Part shown: positions 16,319 to 25,914 of the stretch, piece after piece
Layout of the letters: every line of letters starts with the position of its first letter
How positions within the stretch are numbered: the stretch's first letter is position 1
Assembly: GCF_036323395.1 (NCBI RefSeq)
Contig: NZ_AP028907.1
Location: 2,190,001-2,222,000 of the forward strand
Source: Pyrodictium abyssi
GTDB lineage: Archaea; Thermoproteota; Thermoprotei_A; Sulfolobales; Pyrodictiaceae
DNA: 32,000 bases
Direction: 5' to 3'
Notes under the pieces: model-generated
Seen by the model: only the letters and a program-made list of their open reading frames with translations
Told to the model about the DNA's origin: nothing
The model's database searches: none
Program-made: the position numbers and the translations under genes

Positions 16319-17653
16319 TTGGCGTCTCGTAGCCTATACTTCCTAGTAGGCGTCGCAGTCATAGCGGTGCTCGTCGCCGCCTCCTACATGGCTGTACAGG
16401 ATAGGAGCGGGGCAAAGCCAGCAGAGGGACCAGCACCTGCAGCAGCCCCGGCAGCCACGGCTACAACCATGGAGCATGGAGAACACATGGAGGAGAGCAC
16501 CGAGCACACCGGCGCGGCAGCGCATACCGCTACGGCCACCGAGACCCGGCATGAATCCGGGCACATGGCCACAGAGGCCGAGACAGAGGCGGAGAAGGAG
16601 ACCACGACAGCCACCGCCCAGGCGGGCGGCGGGAAGAAGCTAGTGGTCTACGTCTACGAGGACTTCATGGCGTGGGGCGAGGACCCCGAGCTATTCGACA
16701 AGCTCGTGGAGAACTTCACCAGGGAGACCGGGATAGTGGTAGAGCTGCGCCGGTTCGACGGAGCCCGCAACATGGTGACCCAGGTTATAGCCGAGAGCCG
16801 CGCCGGGATGGAGACAGCCGACGTAGTGGTAGGCGTGGACCCGGTGCTCCTCGTTGAGCTGAAGAGCCACGGCCTAGTGGAGTGCTACGCCTCGCCGCTC
16901 GCCGCCCGGGAGCTCGTGGAGGCCCTCGACCCCGAGGGCTGCGCCACCCCCGTGGACTACGGGCTGATAGCGCTGGTCTACGACCCGGGCCGGCTGAACG
17001 AGACCGAGAAGGCCATGTTGAGCGACGGCGTCACACTGGACGAGCTTGTCGCGCTAGCGCCGCGGATAGTGGCCGAGGACCCGACGCAGAGCAGCACGGG
17101 GCTCAACTTCCTCCTCTACACGATAGCTGTCTCCGAGCTGGAGGACCGGGACTGGCGGGACCTATGGCGGGCCATGAGGGATAACGGCCTCATGGTGGCG
17201 CCGAGCTGGGGCGACGCCTACGACGAGTTCTTCCGAGAGGGCAGCCCCAGGGCCATAGTGGTCAGCTACGGCACTGACCCCGCCTATAGCGCCTGGTACA
17301 ACGCCCGAGAGGGCGGAGAGGAGAAGCCCAGCGTGGCCGCGACAGTGCTCACAGCCGGCGGCGAGAAGATAGGCTGGCTACAGGTGGAAGGCGCGGCTAT
17401 AATCAAGGGCGCCCCCATGGAGGAGGCCCGGAGGTTCATCGACTGGCTGCTGAGCCGCGAAGTCCAGGAGGAGATACCGACCAGCCAGTGGATGCTCCCA
17501 GCCAGCAGCGACGCAGGGCTGCCGAGCTTCTACCGCTACGCCCTAAGCGTGGACAGCGTTGATAAGCTCGGGAACACGCTGCTCCCTGGCAGCAGGGTCG
17601 CAGGGGAGCTGGAGAAGTGGCTCCGCGACTGGCTAGGCGTCATGACCGGCTGA
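16319..17653 (+). CDS. thiB: Thiamine-type ABC transporter substrate-binding protein (TbpA/ThiB family)
   Basis: Signal anchor RSLYFLVGVAVIAVLVAAS; then LVVYVYEDFMAWGEDPE..., ADVVVGVDPVLLVELK, PVDYGLIALVYDPGRL, PTQSSTGLNFLLYTIAV, SWGDAYDEFFREG, VSYGTDPAYSAW, EEIPTSQWMLPASSDAGLP, following the order of TbpA motifs. Confidence 0.85.
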   Translation: MASRSLYFLVGVAVIAVLVAASYMAVQDRSGAKPAEGPAPAAAPAATATTMEHGEHMEESTEHTGAAAHTATATETRHESGHMATEAETEAEKETTTATAQAGGGKKLVVYVYEDFMAWGEDPELFDKLVENFTRETGIVVELRRFDGARNMVTQVIAESRAGMETADVVVGVDPVLLVELKSHGLVECYASPLAARELVEALDPEGCATPVDYGLIALVYDPGRLNETEKAMLSDGVTLDELVALAPRIVAEDPTQSSTGLNFLLYTIAVSELEDRDWRDLWRAMRDNGLMVAPSWGDAYDEFFREGSPRAIVVSYGTDPAYSAWYNAREGGEEKPSVAATVLTAGGEKIGWLQVEGAAIIKGAPMEEARRFIDWLLSREVQEEIPTSQWMLPASSDAGLPSFYRYALSVDSVDKLGNTLLPGSRVAGELEKWLRDWLGVMTG

Positions 17654-19212
17654 GGCTCCTAGGCGGCCTAGGCCGCGCACTGGAGGCGGCAGCGTGGCTC
17701 GTAGCGCTGCTCTACGCGCTCCCCCTCGCCCTCTCCCTGGCTCTTTTCTGGCCCCCCGGCGGGGCCCCGCCCTTCAGCCTCCCACGGGTCCTAGCCTGGA
17801 CGGCCGGCCAGGCAGCCGCGAGCGCGGCCATCGCCGTGGCCCTGGGCTGGCCCCTGGGCGTGCTCGCCGGGTTCTACAGGCTCCCCACAGCCCGCGCCGC
17901 CGTGGCGGCGAGCCTAGCGCCCTTCATGTCCCCGGTAGCCGCCGTGGCCGTGGGGCTCCGCGCGGTCTACGGCGAGGGGGGCGTGCTCTCCGAGGCCCTG
18001 CCGGGGCTCCGCGTGCTCGCCGAGGGCTGGACAGGGGTGCTGGCGCTGCACAGCTACTTCAACATAGGCCTGGCGGCGGCGATGACCGCCGCGGCCGCCG
18101 GCTCTACCGAGGCGAGCGTGGTCGAGCACGCAAGGCTCCTAGGGCTGCGGGGGCCCCGTCTATGGCTCCGGGTACTCCTGCCCCTCACCCGGCGCGCCGC
18201 GGTCTACGCCTGGGGCGTAGCCTTCCTCTACTCCTTCACGAGCGCCGCGCCGCTCCTCGTCAAGGGCGCCGCCTACCGCTACTACACGCTCGAGGCCTGG
18301 CTCTACACCCTGTACCGCGGGTTCCCGGGGCTCGTCGGGCTCGTCCCCCTGCTGGCCCTCGCCGAGCTGGCCCTGGCCGCGCTGGCGGCGTGGCTGCTGC
18401 TACGGGTCTCCCGTGGCCTCGTCTCGTCGCCGCTAGCCGCCCGGGGCGAGGCGGCGCTAGAGCTGCGCGGCGCCCGGAGACTCCTAGCCCTCGCCTATGT
18501 AGCTGTGCTGCTGGGCTACCTCTACGCGCCCATCGCGGGCCTAGCGCTCCAGGCGCTGGACGCGGACCCCGGGAGGCTCCTAGCCTACGCGGAGAGGGGC
18601 CCCGGGCTCGCCGGAGCCGTGGCTAACAGCCTCCTCTACGCAGCCGCCTCCACAGCGCTAGCCCTAGCCCTAGGGCTCACAGCCGCCGAGGGAGGCCTAG
18701 CCGTGGCCACGCTCTCGCTCATCGCCGTAGCTCCAGTAGCCTACGGCGTCGCCGCCAGCCTCGCCTACTACCGGCCCCTAGCAGGCCTCCTCGGCGGCGT
18801 CGCCGCCTCCAGGCTACTCATACTCCTAGCCCATACAGCCGCCGGGCTTCCCCTAGCCAGCCGGGTCATGGCCGAGGCTTGGGCCCGGCTCCAGCGCGAG
18901 GTCGGCGACACCATGCTCCTCCTCGGGCTCCGCGGAGCCCGGCTCCTCCGCCACCTATTAGCGGCGACCGCGCCCCACACGGTCCTCGCCGCCGGGCTAG
19001 CCACGGCAGCAAGCCTAGGAGAATTCGGCGCAAGCATAGTCGTCTCGATCCCCGACACCTGGAGCCTAACAGTCCTAGTCTACAACATGCTCGGCAGCGG
19101 CCGCCTCTTCCACGAAGCCTGCCTAGCAGCCCTCATCCTAGAAGCAATGAGCCTAGCAGCCATAGGCCTAGCCGCAACAACTGCCAAACACCTAACAAAA
19201 ACCAGAACATAG
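17617..19212 (+). CDS. thiP: ABC transporter permease, ThiP-like fused two-domain protein (start uncertain, probably close to the end of thiB)
   Basis: Multi-TM, two permease repeats; EFGASIVVSIPDTWSLTVLVYNMLG; follows thiB on the same strand. Confidence 0.8.
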   Translation: MAPRLARRHDRLRLLGGLGRALEAAAWLVALLYALPLALSLALFWPPGGAPPFSLPRVLAWTAGQAAASAAIAVALGWPLGVLAGFYRLPTARAAVAASLAPFMSPVAAVAVGLRAVYGEGGVLSEALPGLRVLAEGWTGVLALHSYFNIGLAAAMTAAAAGSTEASVVEHARLLGLRGPRLWLRVLLPLTRRAAVYAWGVAFLYSFTSAAPLLVKGAAYRYYTLEAWLYTLYRGFPGLVGLVPLLALAELALAALAAWLLLRVSRGLVSSPLAARGEAALELRGARRLLALAYVAVLLGYLYAPIAGLALQALDADPGRLLAYAERGPGLAGAVANSLLYAAASTALALALGLTAAEGGLAVATLSLIAVAPVAYGVAASLAYYRPLAGLLGGVAASRLLILLAHTAAGLPLASRVMAEAWARLQREVGDTMLLLGLRGARLLRHLLAATAPHTVLAAGLATAASLGEFGASIVVSIPDTWSLTVLVYNMLGSGRLFHEACLAALILEAMSLAAIGLAATTAKHLTKTRT

Positions 19213-19232
19213 CCATGATAGGGCGTTGACTC

Positions 19233-19275
19233 TTCGGAGCCGGAGGTCCCCCGGGTTTAAATCCCGGCGGGCCCG
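19233..19275 (+). other. Degenerate tRNA 3'-end fragment
   Basis: CCGGG-TTTAAAT-CCCGG T-arm-like hairpin followed by CGGGCCCG. No matching 5' acceptor strand GGGCCCG seen upstream, and position 56 C is replaced by T. Confidence 0.4.
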
Positions 19276-20297
19276 TTACACCTCACAGCTTAAGGTACGC
19301 CGGGTGCTGATGGCCTGCATCGTCTAGAAGGCCCTCGTATCCCGGCCTCGCTGGCACGTAGCTCGCAGAAACGGCTCTGACCTAACCTACTCTGGCTCGA
19401 CCAGGGCTTCCTCTCCAGGAGCTTCTACAGCACAAGCCTTACTCATAGACTAGAGTAGAGGAGGCTGGAGAGTAACACCGTTAGCAAGAATCGCTGTGAG
19501 AGCCTCAACCATGGCTAGCCCTAAGCAGCCCGCTAGGCTTCCCTTCCAGGCCCAAGGTACACCGCGTCCACGCTGAGGAACTCCCCGAGGAACCCGCCTA
19601 GGCCCTCTGCAAGACCATCAACAAACCTCTTTCACGGTACTAGCGTGCCCGGCGATCCAGGGACTGTTGGAGTAGCACCGGAGCGCCGGTTGCCGTTCAT
19701 CATGGATGACGGCTAAGCCTCGCTTGCCGCCCTCTCCCTCAAACAGTACTAGGTTCAACCCCTCTAGGTTTAGTAGCGTCTGCATAGCCGCACACCCTTA
19801 ACCACCGCTCTCCTCCTTACCCTGCTCTGGAGTTCTTGCCTGCTCCCGGTATTTCAGTGAGCCTATGCAACTGCTCATCGTTTAGCCTCACGTAGCCTCT
19901 CTGCTCATGTTGATGCCAGGGTTGATACTGGGATGCTGCTGTGGCTATAGCCTGGTTGGAGGAGCGTGACCGCTGGAGGCTATTAGGCTCCGTATCCCGG
20001 TGGACGCTGTTAGGGAGTTGTTCGGCTATAGGGGGGTTAGCTTGTCTAGGAGTATTGACGGGTGCTGGACAAGTATTCAGAGAAAGTAACTAAGACCTAA
20101 AATATTTAGGATAAAGCTCTTTTAATGGTACTTGGCGTGAGGTCAGCCTTACATGCCTCATTCACGAGGTTGACAACAATTAGATAGTCGCATGCTAGTG
20201 ATCAGAACGCTAACCTAAGCACCAAACACTAACGGCAACAACGAAGATAGAGGTCCATACAGTAACAGTTACCGGGACACCCGCATCAACCCATACA

Positions 20298-20534
20298 GTG
20301 CCGAGAAACACCTACAACTACGAAATTCTAGAGTACTTCCCTATCGATGAAGGACGCTACGCTCTATACATGTTCGTGGACACCATGAATAACATGAGTG
20401 CCACCTACCAAATAACTATACAACAACGAGCCTACACCAGGGCAGGCCTAATCTTCCTGATGACTCTCGCTAAGATAAACGGGTCAGGAAGACCGCTGAA
20501 CTCAGCATTGTACGGGAGACTCAACTCGCCTTGA
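20298..20534 (+). CDS. Hypothetical short ORF
   Basis: MPRNTYNYEILEYFPIDEGRYALYMFVDTMNNMSATYQITIQQRAY has plausible protein composition in an AT-richer region. Confidence 0.3.
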   Translation: MPRNTYNYEILEYFPIDEGRYALYMFVDTMNNMSATYQITIQQRAYTRAGLIFLMTLAKINGSGRPLNSALYGRLNSP

Positions 20535-20821
20535 AGCACTAAGACACCATGTACACCGACTACACCTAGTGTTCTTAGGCCTGTTATCCAGCTAGAGTCC
20601 TTGAAGGTCTAGCAAGTACGTAGTTGGCAGCCAACCCTATGGAGTCCTCAAGGCATCCTTGTTCGAAGCTGTAGCTGAGTAGGATATCGACGCGAGGAGT
20701 TCTAGAACTCTAGGGTCTTTGGGATTAGGCAAAGCACAACATACTGCCCCTCCCCCTTTAAGCTCTGCGGTAGGCTATTAGCCTGGAGAGCTACCTAAAG
20801 CAGTCTTGGAGGCGCTCTGTT

Positions 20822-21130
20822 TTGTGCTTCTGGACTCCAGAGATAACAGTTGTGAAAAGGGATGGTAGTAAGGAGCCCTTCATGTACGAGAAGGTCGTCG
20901 TGTCCTGTCTAAAAGCTGGCGCGACGCTGGATGCTGCCCGGAGAATCGCTACAAAGGTGCTTGCTAGGCTTATCTCTGAGAACCGGAAGGAGGTTACTGC
21001 AAAGGAACTCACCCGCTGGATACTAGAGCTGCTTCGCGAGGAGAATGAGGAGTGGTACCGTAACTGGATAGTCTTCGACAGAGCTGTCAAGAGGAGGAGG
21101 ACCGAGGAGGAGCTAAAGTCTCCCCAGTAG
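20822..21130 (+). CDS. Standalone ATP-cone domain protein
   Basis: ITVVKRDGSKEPFMYEKVVVSCLKAGATLDAARRIATKVLARL...VTAKELTRWILELLREENEEWYRNWIVFDRAVKRR resembles NrdR/NrdA ATP-cone domains. Confidence 0.75.
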   Translation: MCFWTPEITVVKRDGSKEPFMYEKVVVSCLKAGATLDAARRIATKVLARLISENRKEVTAKELTRWILELLREENEEWYRNWIVFDRAVKRRRTEEELKSPQ

Positions 21131-21371
21131 AGCCCATGTTTTTACTCTCCTCCCTCAACAATATCCGTAGGCAATCGATTATAGCCTCCCTGGACAAGGG
21201 CATGCCTATCCTAGACCCCCAACGGCCCTGAGGTATGAATGCTCTTACCGGAGCTTCATCGCAACGGATATCCATGGAGGAGAGTTGCTCCTCGACAACA
21301 TAGCATAGGGTCCGCCTTTTGGCTACTAGCTCTAGGCCAGCATTAGCATCTGTTCGTCTTCACCCATTCAA

Positions 21372-22208
21372 TTATATTAACCATGTCGTAGATCTTTTCT
21401 CGCAGTATTCTACTAGCAGGTCGAAGAGTCGCTTGTACCGCTCGGCTTCTCGCTGGAAGTAGAGGACGTTTTCCAGCCTGGCATTGGCCCTGTCTACGAG
21501 CCCTATTATCTTTGAGAGATAGCCGTCTGGAGCCGAGACGTCTATCACTAGTTCCTCGATATCATGCTCTAGTTCTACGCTGTTTAGCCTTATAAGCCCG
21601 TGTAGCAGCTCGTGGATGGCTAGGTCAAGTACGTGGCTCTCCCCATGGAGATCGTTGACGTAGACTGCGGTGACGGGGTTCTCATCGTCGAAGTAGAGCA
21701 TAGTCCCGAAGGACATGCCGGGCATGGGGTTGAAGCCGTAGACTACGTAGAGCTTCGTAAAGAACCGTTTAAACCCAAATACCTTCTCTATATAGCTGAT
21801 TATCTTGTCTTTCTTTCTCCGGTATAGATTGCTAACTCTTTCGCCTATATCAGCAAAGATTGCCCTAACTTCGCCCCATCTATGTATGCTGATGGCCTTT
21901 AACTCGTTTAGGATAATGTCGACTTCTCTGTCGGAGGTTGATGCTATTCCCGCCAGCTCTGTGAACAGCTTGTTCCACAAGTTGCTTCTCTCGATACAGT
22001 ATGATACGTGGAGTAGCGGCCCAAACAGCTGGCGTAGAGAACATGGGGTATCGACCGGACGGGCGAATATGGGATGTGAATCAAATCGTAAATAGAGGCG
22101 GCCAGGTACGCCTCCTTGCTGACGACGGGTATGAGCTCCATATTCCTGGTTCCTCTCTACTACACGCTGCCTCCGGCAACGTCCTTTGTTCTTATAAAAT
22201 GCTTTCAC
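21372..22208 (-). CDS. Putative zinc metallopeptidase (HExxH); N-terminal ~90 aa of the ORF probably not translated
   Basis: ESHVLDLAIHELLHGLIRLNSVELEHDIEELVID contains HELLH, with coding-like composition from about ELAGIASTSDREVD onward. Confidence 0.6.
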   Translation of the reverse strand: MKAFYKNKGRCRRQRVVERNQEYGAHTRRQQGGVPGRLYLRFDSHPIFARPVDTPCSLRQLFGPLLHVSYCIERSNLWNKLFTELAGIASTSDREVDIILNELKAISIHRWGEVRAIFADIGERVSNLYRRKKDKIISYIEKVFGFKRFFTKLYVVYGFNPMPGMSFGTMLYFDDENPVTAVYVNDLHGESHVLDLAIHELLHGLIRLNSVELEHDIEELVIDVSAPDGYLSKIIGLVDRANARLENVLYFQREAERYKRLFDLLVEYCEKRSTTWLI

Positions 22209-22309
22209 AGCGTACTAGTACCCCACCATGCGGTAGTGTAGTGCTAGGAAGCGTGCGGCGCCAGAGCCCCGGAGCTGGTTGCTGTGAATTGTGCTCGTTG
22301 GGGCTGGCT

Positions 22310-22757
22310 TTACGGGATTGTTCTTAGCCAGGGTATTCTCTTGAAGTCCTCGTCGAAGGTGAGGATAGCGTCTATGCCGTAGTGCCTGCATGTTGATGCT
22401 ATTACTGCGTCGCTTGGTGTCAGTTTGTAGTTCTCCATAATCTCTAGTAGTTGTCTGGGCTCGGCGTAGTCCTGTAGTATGGTTATCCCTAGCTGCTCTA
22501 TGACATCTATTAGTGTCCATAACTTATCCATTGCAAAGTCTAGCCCGTGTACTGTAATGTGCCTCTTTACCCTGTCTAGCCTCCTTAGTCCTAGACGCTC
22601 GAGTGCTAGCCTCCTTATGGATACATAACATTACCTCGTCGATAACACGGATGGAGGTTGCTAGGTCTCTGTGCTGCGTGAGGAGTTGCGCAGCTTTATC
22701 GGAGTACTCGCTTTCAAAGATATAGTAGACCAGCACATTCGAGTCAACAAACTTCAA
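22310..22757 (-). pseudogene. Frameshifted PIN-domain (vapC) gene
   Basis: N-part MKFVDSNVLVYYIFESEYSDKAAQLLTQ...RVIDEVMLCI (ORF 22524..22757) continues one frame away as IRRLALERLGLRRLDRVKRHITVHGLDFAMDKL... into KLTPSDAVIASTCRHYGIDAILTFDEDFKRIPWL (ORF 22310..22531). Confidence 0.75.
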
Positions 22758-22778
22758 ACCAAGCCACCGCCCCTGCTA

Positions 22779-22994
22779 CTAGAAGCTCTCAAGCTCCGCC
22801 TCAAGGAGCAGCTCGTCGAGCTCCTTCTTCGAAGCCCTGCCCATGAATCCCTTGTATCTCTCGACTATCCTTCTTCTTTCCTCGTCTGTAAGTATAATGG
22901 CTATTAGTATCTCTTCCCCTTCCTGTAGCTGTAGGGGCTCTAGTGGCTTAAGTACGCCCCCCTCATAGCGGGCACGTATAGTTTTCAGAGCCAT
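22779..22994 (-). CDS. AF2212/DUF104-like antitoxin
   Basis: KTIRARYEGGVLKPLEPLQLQEGEEILIAI. Confidence 0.88.
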   Translation of the reverse strand: MALKTIRARYEGGVLKPLEPLQLQEGEEILIAIILTDEERRRIVERYKGFMGRASKKELDELLLEAELESF

Positions 22995-23302
22995 GCGGGG
23001 TCCCTAAAGTAGTGTACTTACTGAAGTCCTTTTAGCTCTTTAGCTCTTCTATAGACGAGCCAGGCTACCCGGAGCACATGGGGGAAGCCTTATGATAGGC
23101 TTCTACTTTACGGCTCCGCGGGCGTTCTTTAAGACTGCGAGCTAGGGTGTCATGTTCAAGGCTTCTATGCACGATACCACACGGCCATCTAATGGTGCAT
23201 TAATGCTAGGCTTAACGTGTCTTGGCTTGCCGGGTGTAGTGGTATAAGTGGGGTTTAGCGTGTCTCTATTGGCTAGTGGGATGGACGAGTTTGAGTACTG
23301 CT

Positions 23303-23760
23303 GTGAGTATTCCTAGGAGGCTCTACGAGGAGGCGAAGAAGCAGAGCATAGACGTGGAGTCTCGGATTGTTGAGTTCCTGGCTAGGGGCTGAAGCCTAAT
23401 CCTAGGGGTGAGGCTGGTCTGCACCTCGAGCTTGTGGAGATGTATCTCCGGGAAGCACCTCGCTCTTCGAGAAGAGCTACTGTGCAGGCTAGCAAGAAGC
23501 TCTACAAGGTTACTGAGTGAGGAGGTAATCAGGGCTATGGCGGAGGCCCTGGGACTCCGGGGGTCGGAGAGGCCAGGAGAAGGAACGAGTGGACTCTAAG
23601 ACTGCTAGACTCCGCCGCTAGCACGCTCTCAGAAAGGATAGACAGGAGGATATACGACGGGGATCACGCCTACTTCCTACATGTGGAGGGTCTCCATGGA
23701 GCACGCCCGGGCGTAGAGCAGGTGAAGATGCGGGCAAATTACGTGGAAGAGTTCCCTGGA
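23303..23760 (+). pseudogene. PaREP1/PaREP8-family gene, multiply frameshifted
   Basis: Pieces in shifting frames: VSIPRRLYEEAKKQSIDVESRIVEFLARG / NPRGEAGLHLELVEMYLREA..VQASKKLYKVTE / EEVIRAMAEALGLR / WTLRLLDSAASTLSERIDRRIYDGDHAYFLHVEGLHGARPGVEQVKMRANYVEE, in the order expected for PaREP1. Confidence 0.7.
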
Positions 23761-24818
23761 GATAGCCAGGAGAGTAGTATCCGGGAGAAGCTAGCCCCCG
23801 CAGGCTACGCCTACACACCCTTTGCTCCAAAAGGAGGGCGCCCAGCACCATGCCTTCGGGGCCTGCCTGTTGGCTGTGGAAGTGGTGGATACGCTGCCTT
23901 CCCTCCTCAGCGCCTGCAGGGCCGGGGCGTGCGGTGCTCGTAGGCTGCTGGAGGGCTATGTGGAGCCTAATAGAGGGGTTCTCGCCGGCTACATCGACGA
24001 GCACCTGGACGGCTCGGCGGAGAGGCTAGCGGAGAGGGTCCGGGGTGCGCTGTCCTGGTTCCCTGGTCTCCTAGCCCGTATAGCCGGGGGCGTGGCTCCG
24101 AGGATCGATGCGAGCGTGATAGCATCGAGGGTAGAGGAGGGTGTTTCTGCGCTTTCCCAGCTGCTCGGCGTAGACCCGGGCGGCGTGAGGCTGGTCTTTA
24201 TGGTGACTGGGTTTGACTCCGCGCTCTCGGCCTACGGTGGGACGATATACGTGGGCCTAGAGTGGTTCGTTGAGCCCAGCGCGCTGGGTCTACGGGAGGA
24301 TGATCCGCCTACCCCTGTGCTCTCCCGGCTGTCCCGCGACCCCACCGGCTTCATAGTGTCTAACGCGGTCCATGAGCTGGTCCACATCCTTACCCCGAGG
24401 GTCGCCGGGGATCCGCTTCTTGCGAGGCTCCTCGAGGAGGGCCGGGCCGTCAACATAGCGTGGCTGCTGACCGGGGCCTCGAAGGAAGCCGTGCCCCCTG
24501 GTGTACCACGGGCTCAGCGACTACGCCAAGTGCCTCACAAAAGATGCTCCATGCTCTGCACCGGCACGTAAGGGGGGCGATCTGAGGATACCGGGAGCGT
24601 GCTCTTCACGATACACGAAAGGGCCGGGTCTGCGGGCTAAGGCTCTCCGGCTACTACATGGGCCTCTACCTCGCCCAGCTGCTCCACGACTACTACAACG
24701 GCGGCCTAGCCCGGCTCGCCAAGCTAGACAACACAGCTGATCTAGAAGCACTACTCGTCAACGCATTCCCCGGAGGCGGCCAAGGCCACAGACATGCACA
24801 TGAGTAGCATATAGTATG
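23760..24818 (+). pseudogene. Putative zinc metallopeptidase (HELVH), frameshifted at both ends
   Basis: Central ORF 23822..24571 has IVSNAVHELVHILTPRVAGD; upstream piece REKLAPAGYAYTPFAPK and downstream pieces LVYHGLSDYAKCLT and GYYMGLYLAQLLHDYYNGGLARLAKLDNTADLEALLVNAFPGG lie in other frames. Confidence 0.6.
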
Positions 24819-24927
24819 GGAACCATTATATAGCTGTGGGCTAGGTGTACCAGGAGCTGGTGATCTCCCCTGCCGGAGCATGCTAGGAGACTATACCTAG
24901 TACACGGGAGATGCTGTAGAGCCCGGT

Positions 24928-25893
24928 ATGCTTGAGCCGTGCAGTTTCCCCGACGAAGGCGTGCTTCAGCGTTTCCTCGCAGCTAATCCTGATGTCCTCG
25001 GAGACGTCCTCGGTCTCCGCCTCGATGTTTGTGCCGCCGAGGTCTCTCTCCATGGAGGGTTGAGTGCTGACCTTGTATTCTTAGCGCGTGGTGACAGACC
25101 GGCCGTGATTGTTGTGGAAACGAAGCGTGCTGACGCTACCCGTCTGCGCCGCGAGGCTCTGGCTCAGCTCCTAGAGTAGATGGCTCAGATCGCAGAGGAT
25201 CCTGATGGGCCGGCTATGGCATGTCTTGGTAGGAATGCCGCCGAGCAGATAGTGGAGGAAGCCCAGAAAGCAGCGGAAGATGGCCGGATCCACGGCGTCA
25301 TTGTGGCGGAGAAGATGACAGACTACCTAAAGAACGCGCTAGCATATCTTAACGCTAGGCTTCAGGGTACTATGCTCTGGGGCGTAGAGGCTAGGCCTTA
25401 TTGCAGCCGTGGAGGCGGGGAGCCGGTCCTAACTGAGCTAGAGGCTATGGTATCTCCTGCTGATAAGAAGGACGGCACGTTGAAGGCAGTGAGGAGGAAA
25501 TGGAGCTATTCTGAGCTGCGCGAGGTATACGGGAGCATAGAGGACACAGCGCTGCGTGAGAGGCTCCTGGATCTCCTTGAATGAGCTCAGGAGAAGGGCC
25601 TACTGGAAACGTACCCAGCCACAGCGCCAAGATTCCGTATAGGAGGAGTTGTCTCAGTTAACCCCGGAGGAACACTCTACGTGAGGTTCGGGAAGAGCGC
25701 CGAGAAGATCCTGGCCAAGCCTCTGAGACAGCGGCTACTTGAGGGCCTCAAAGAGCTGGGTCTACTGGACACTGACATCACGGACGCAGATAGTCAACGA
25801 GACGGGAAAGGCACAAAGAGCATAGCCGAGCTGAGCGACGAAGAATACGAGAGGCTAAAGGAGCTTCTCGAGGAAACACTGCGGCAAGCGTAA
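24928..25893 (+). pseudogene. PD-(D/E)XK-like nuclease ORF interrupted by two in-frame stops (TAG 25177..25179, TGA 25582..25584)
   Basis: ORFs 24928..25179, 25180..25584 and 25681..25893 are all in the same frame. Read-through gives FLAANPDVLGDVLGLRLD...SADLVFLARGDRPAVIVVETKRADATRLRREALAQLLE*MAQIAEDPDG...LLDLLE*AQEKGLLETYPATAPRFRIGGVVSVNPGGTLYVRFGKSAEKILAKPLRQRLLEGLKELGL.... Confidence 0.65.
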
Positions 25894-25914
25894 GCAAGAA
25901 TCCGCAGGAGTCCT

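Noticed and set aside
16200-16319. TPP riboswitch upstream of the thiamine-type transporter
   Set aside because: No CUGAGA or ACCUGAU-like core; only a simple hairpin and palindrome were seen.
17694-18626. Long plus-strand ORF of 310 aa
   Set aside because: Gly/Arg/Pro-rich shadow frame of the high-GC ThiP-like permease gene; no recognisable domain.
24928-25893. Pyrrolysine or selenocysteine recoding to explain in-frame TAG/TGA
   Set aside because: Two different stops occur in one gene in a degraded region, with no recoding genes or elements seen here. Nonsense mutation or sequence error is simpler; retained only as a testable alternative.
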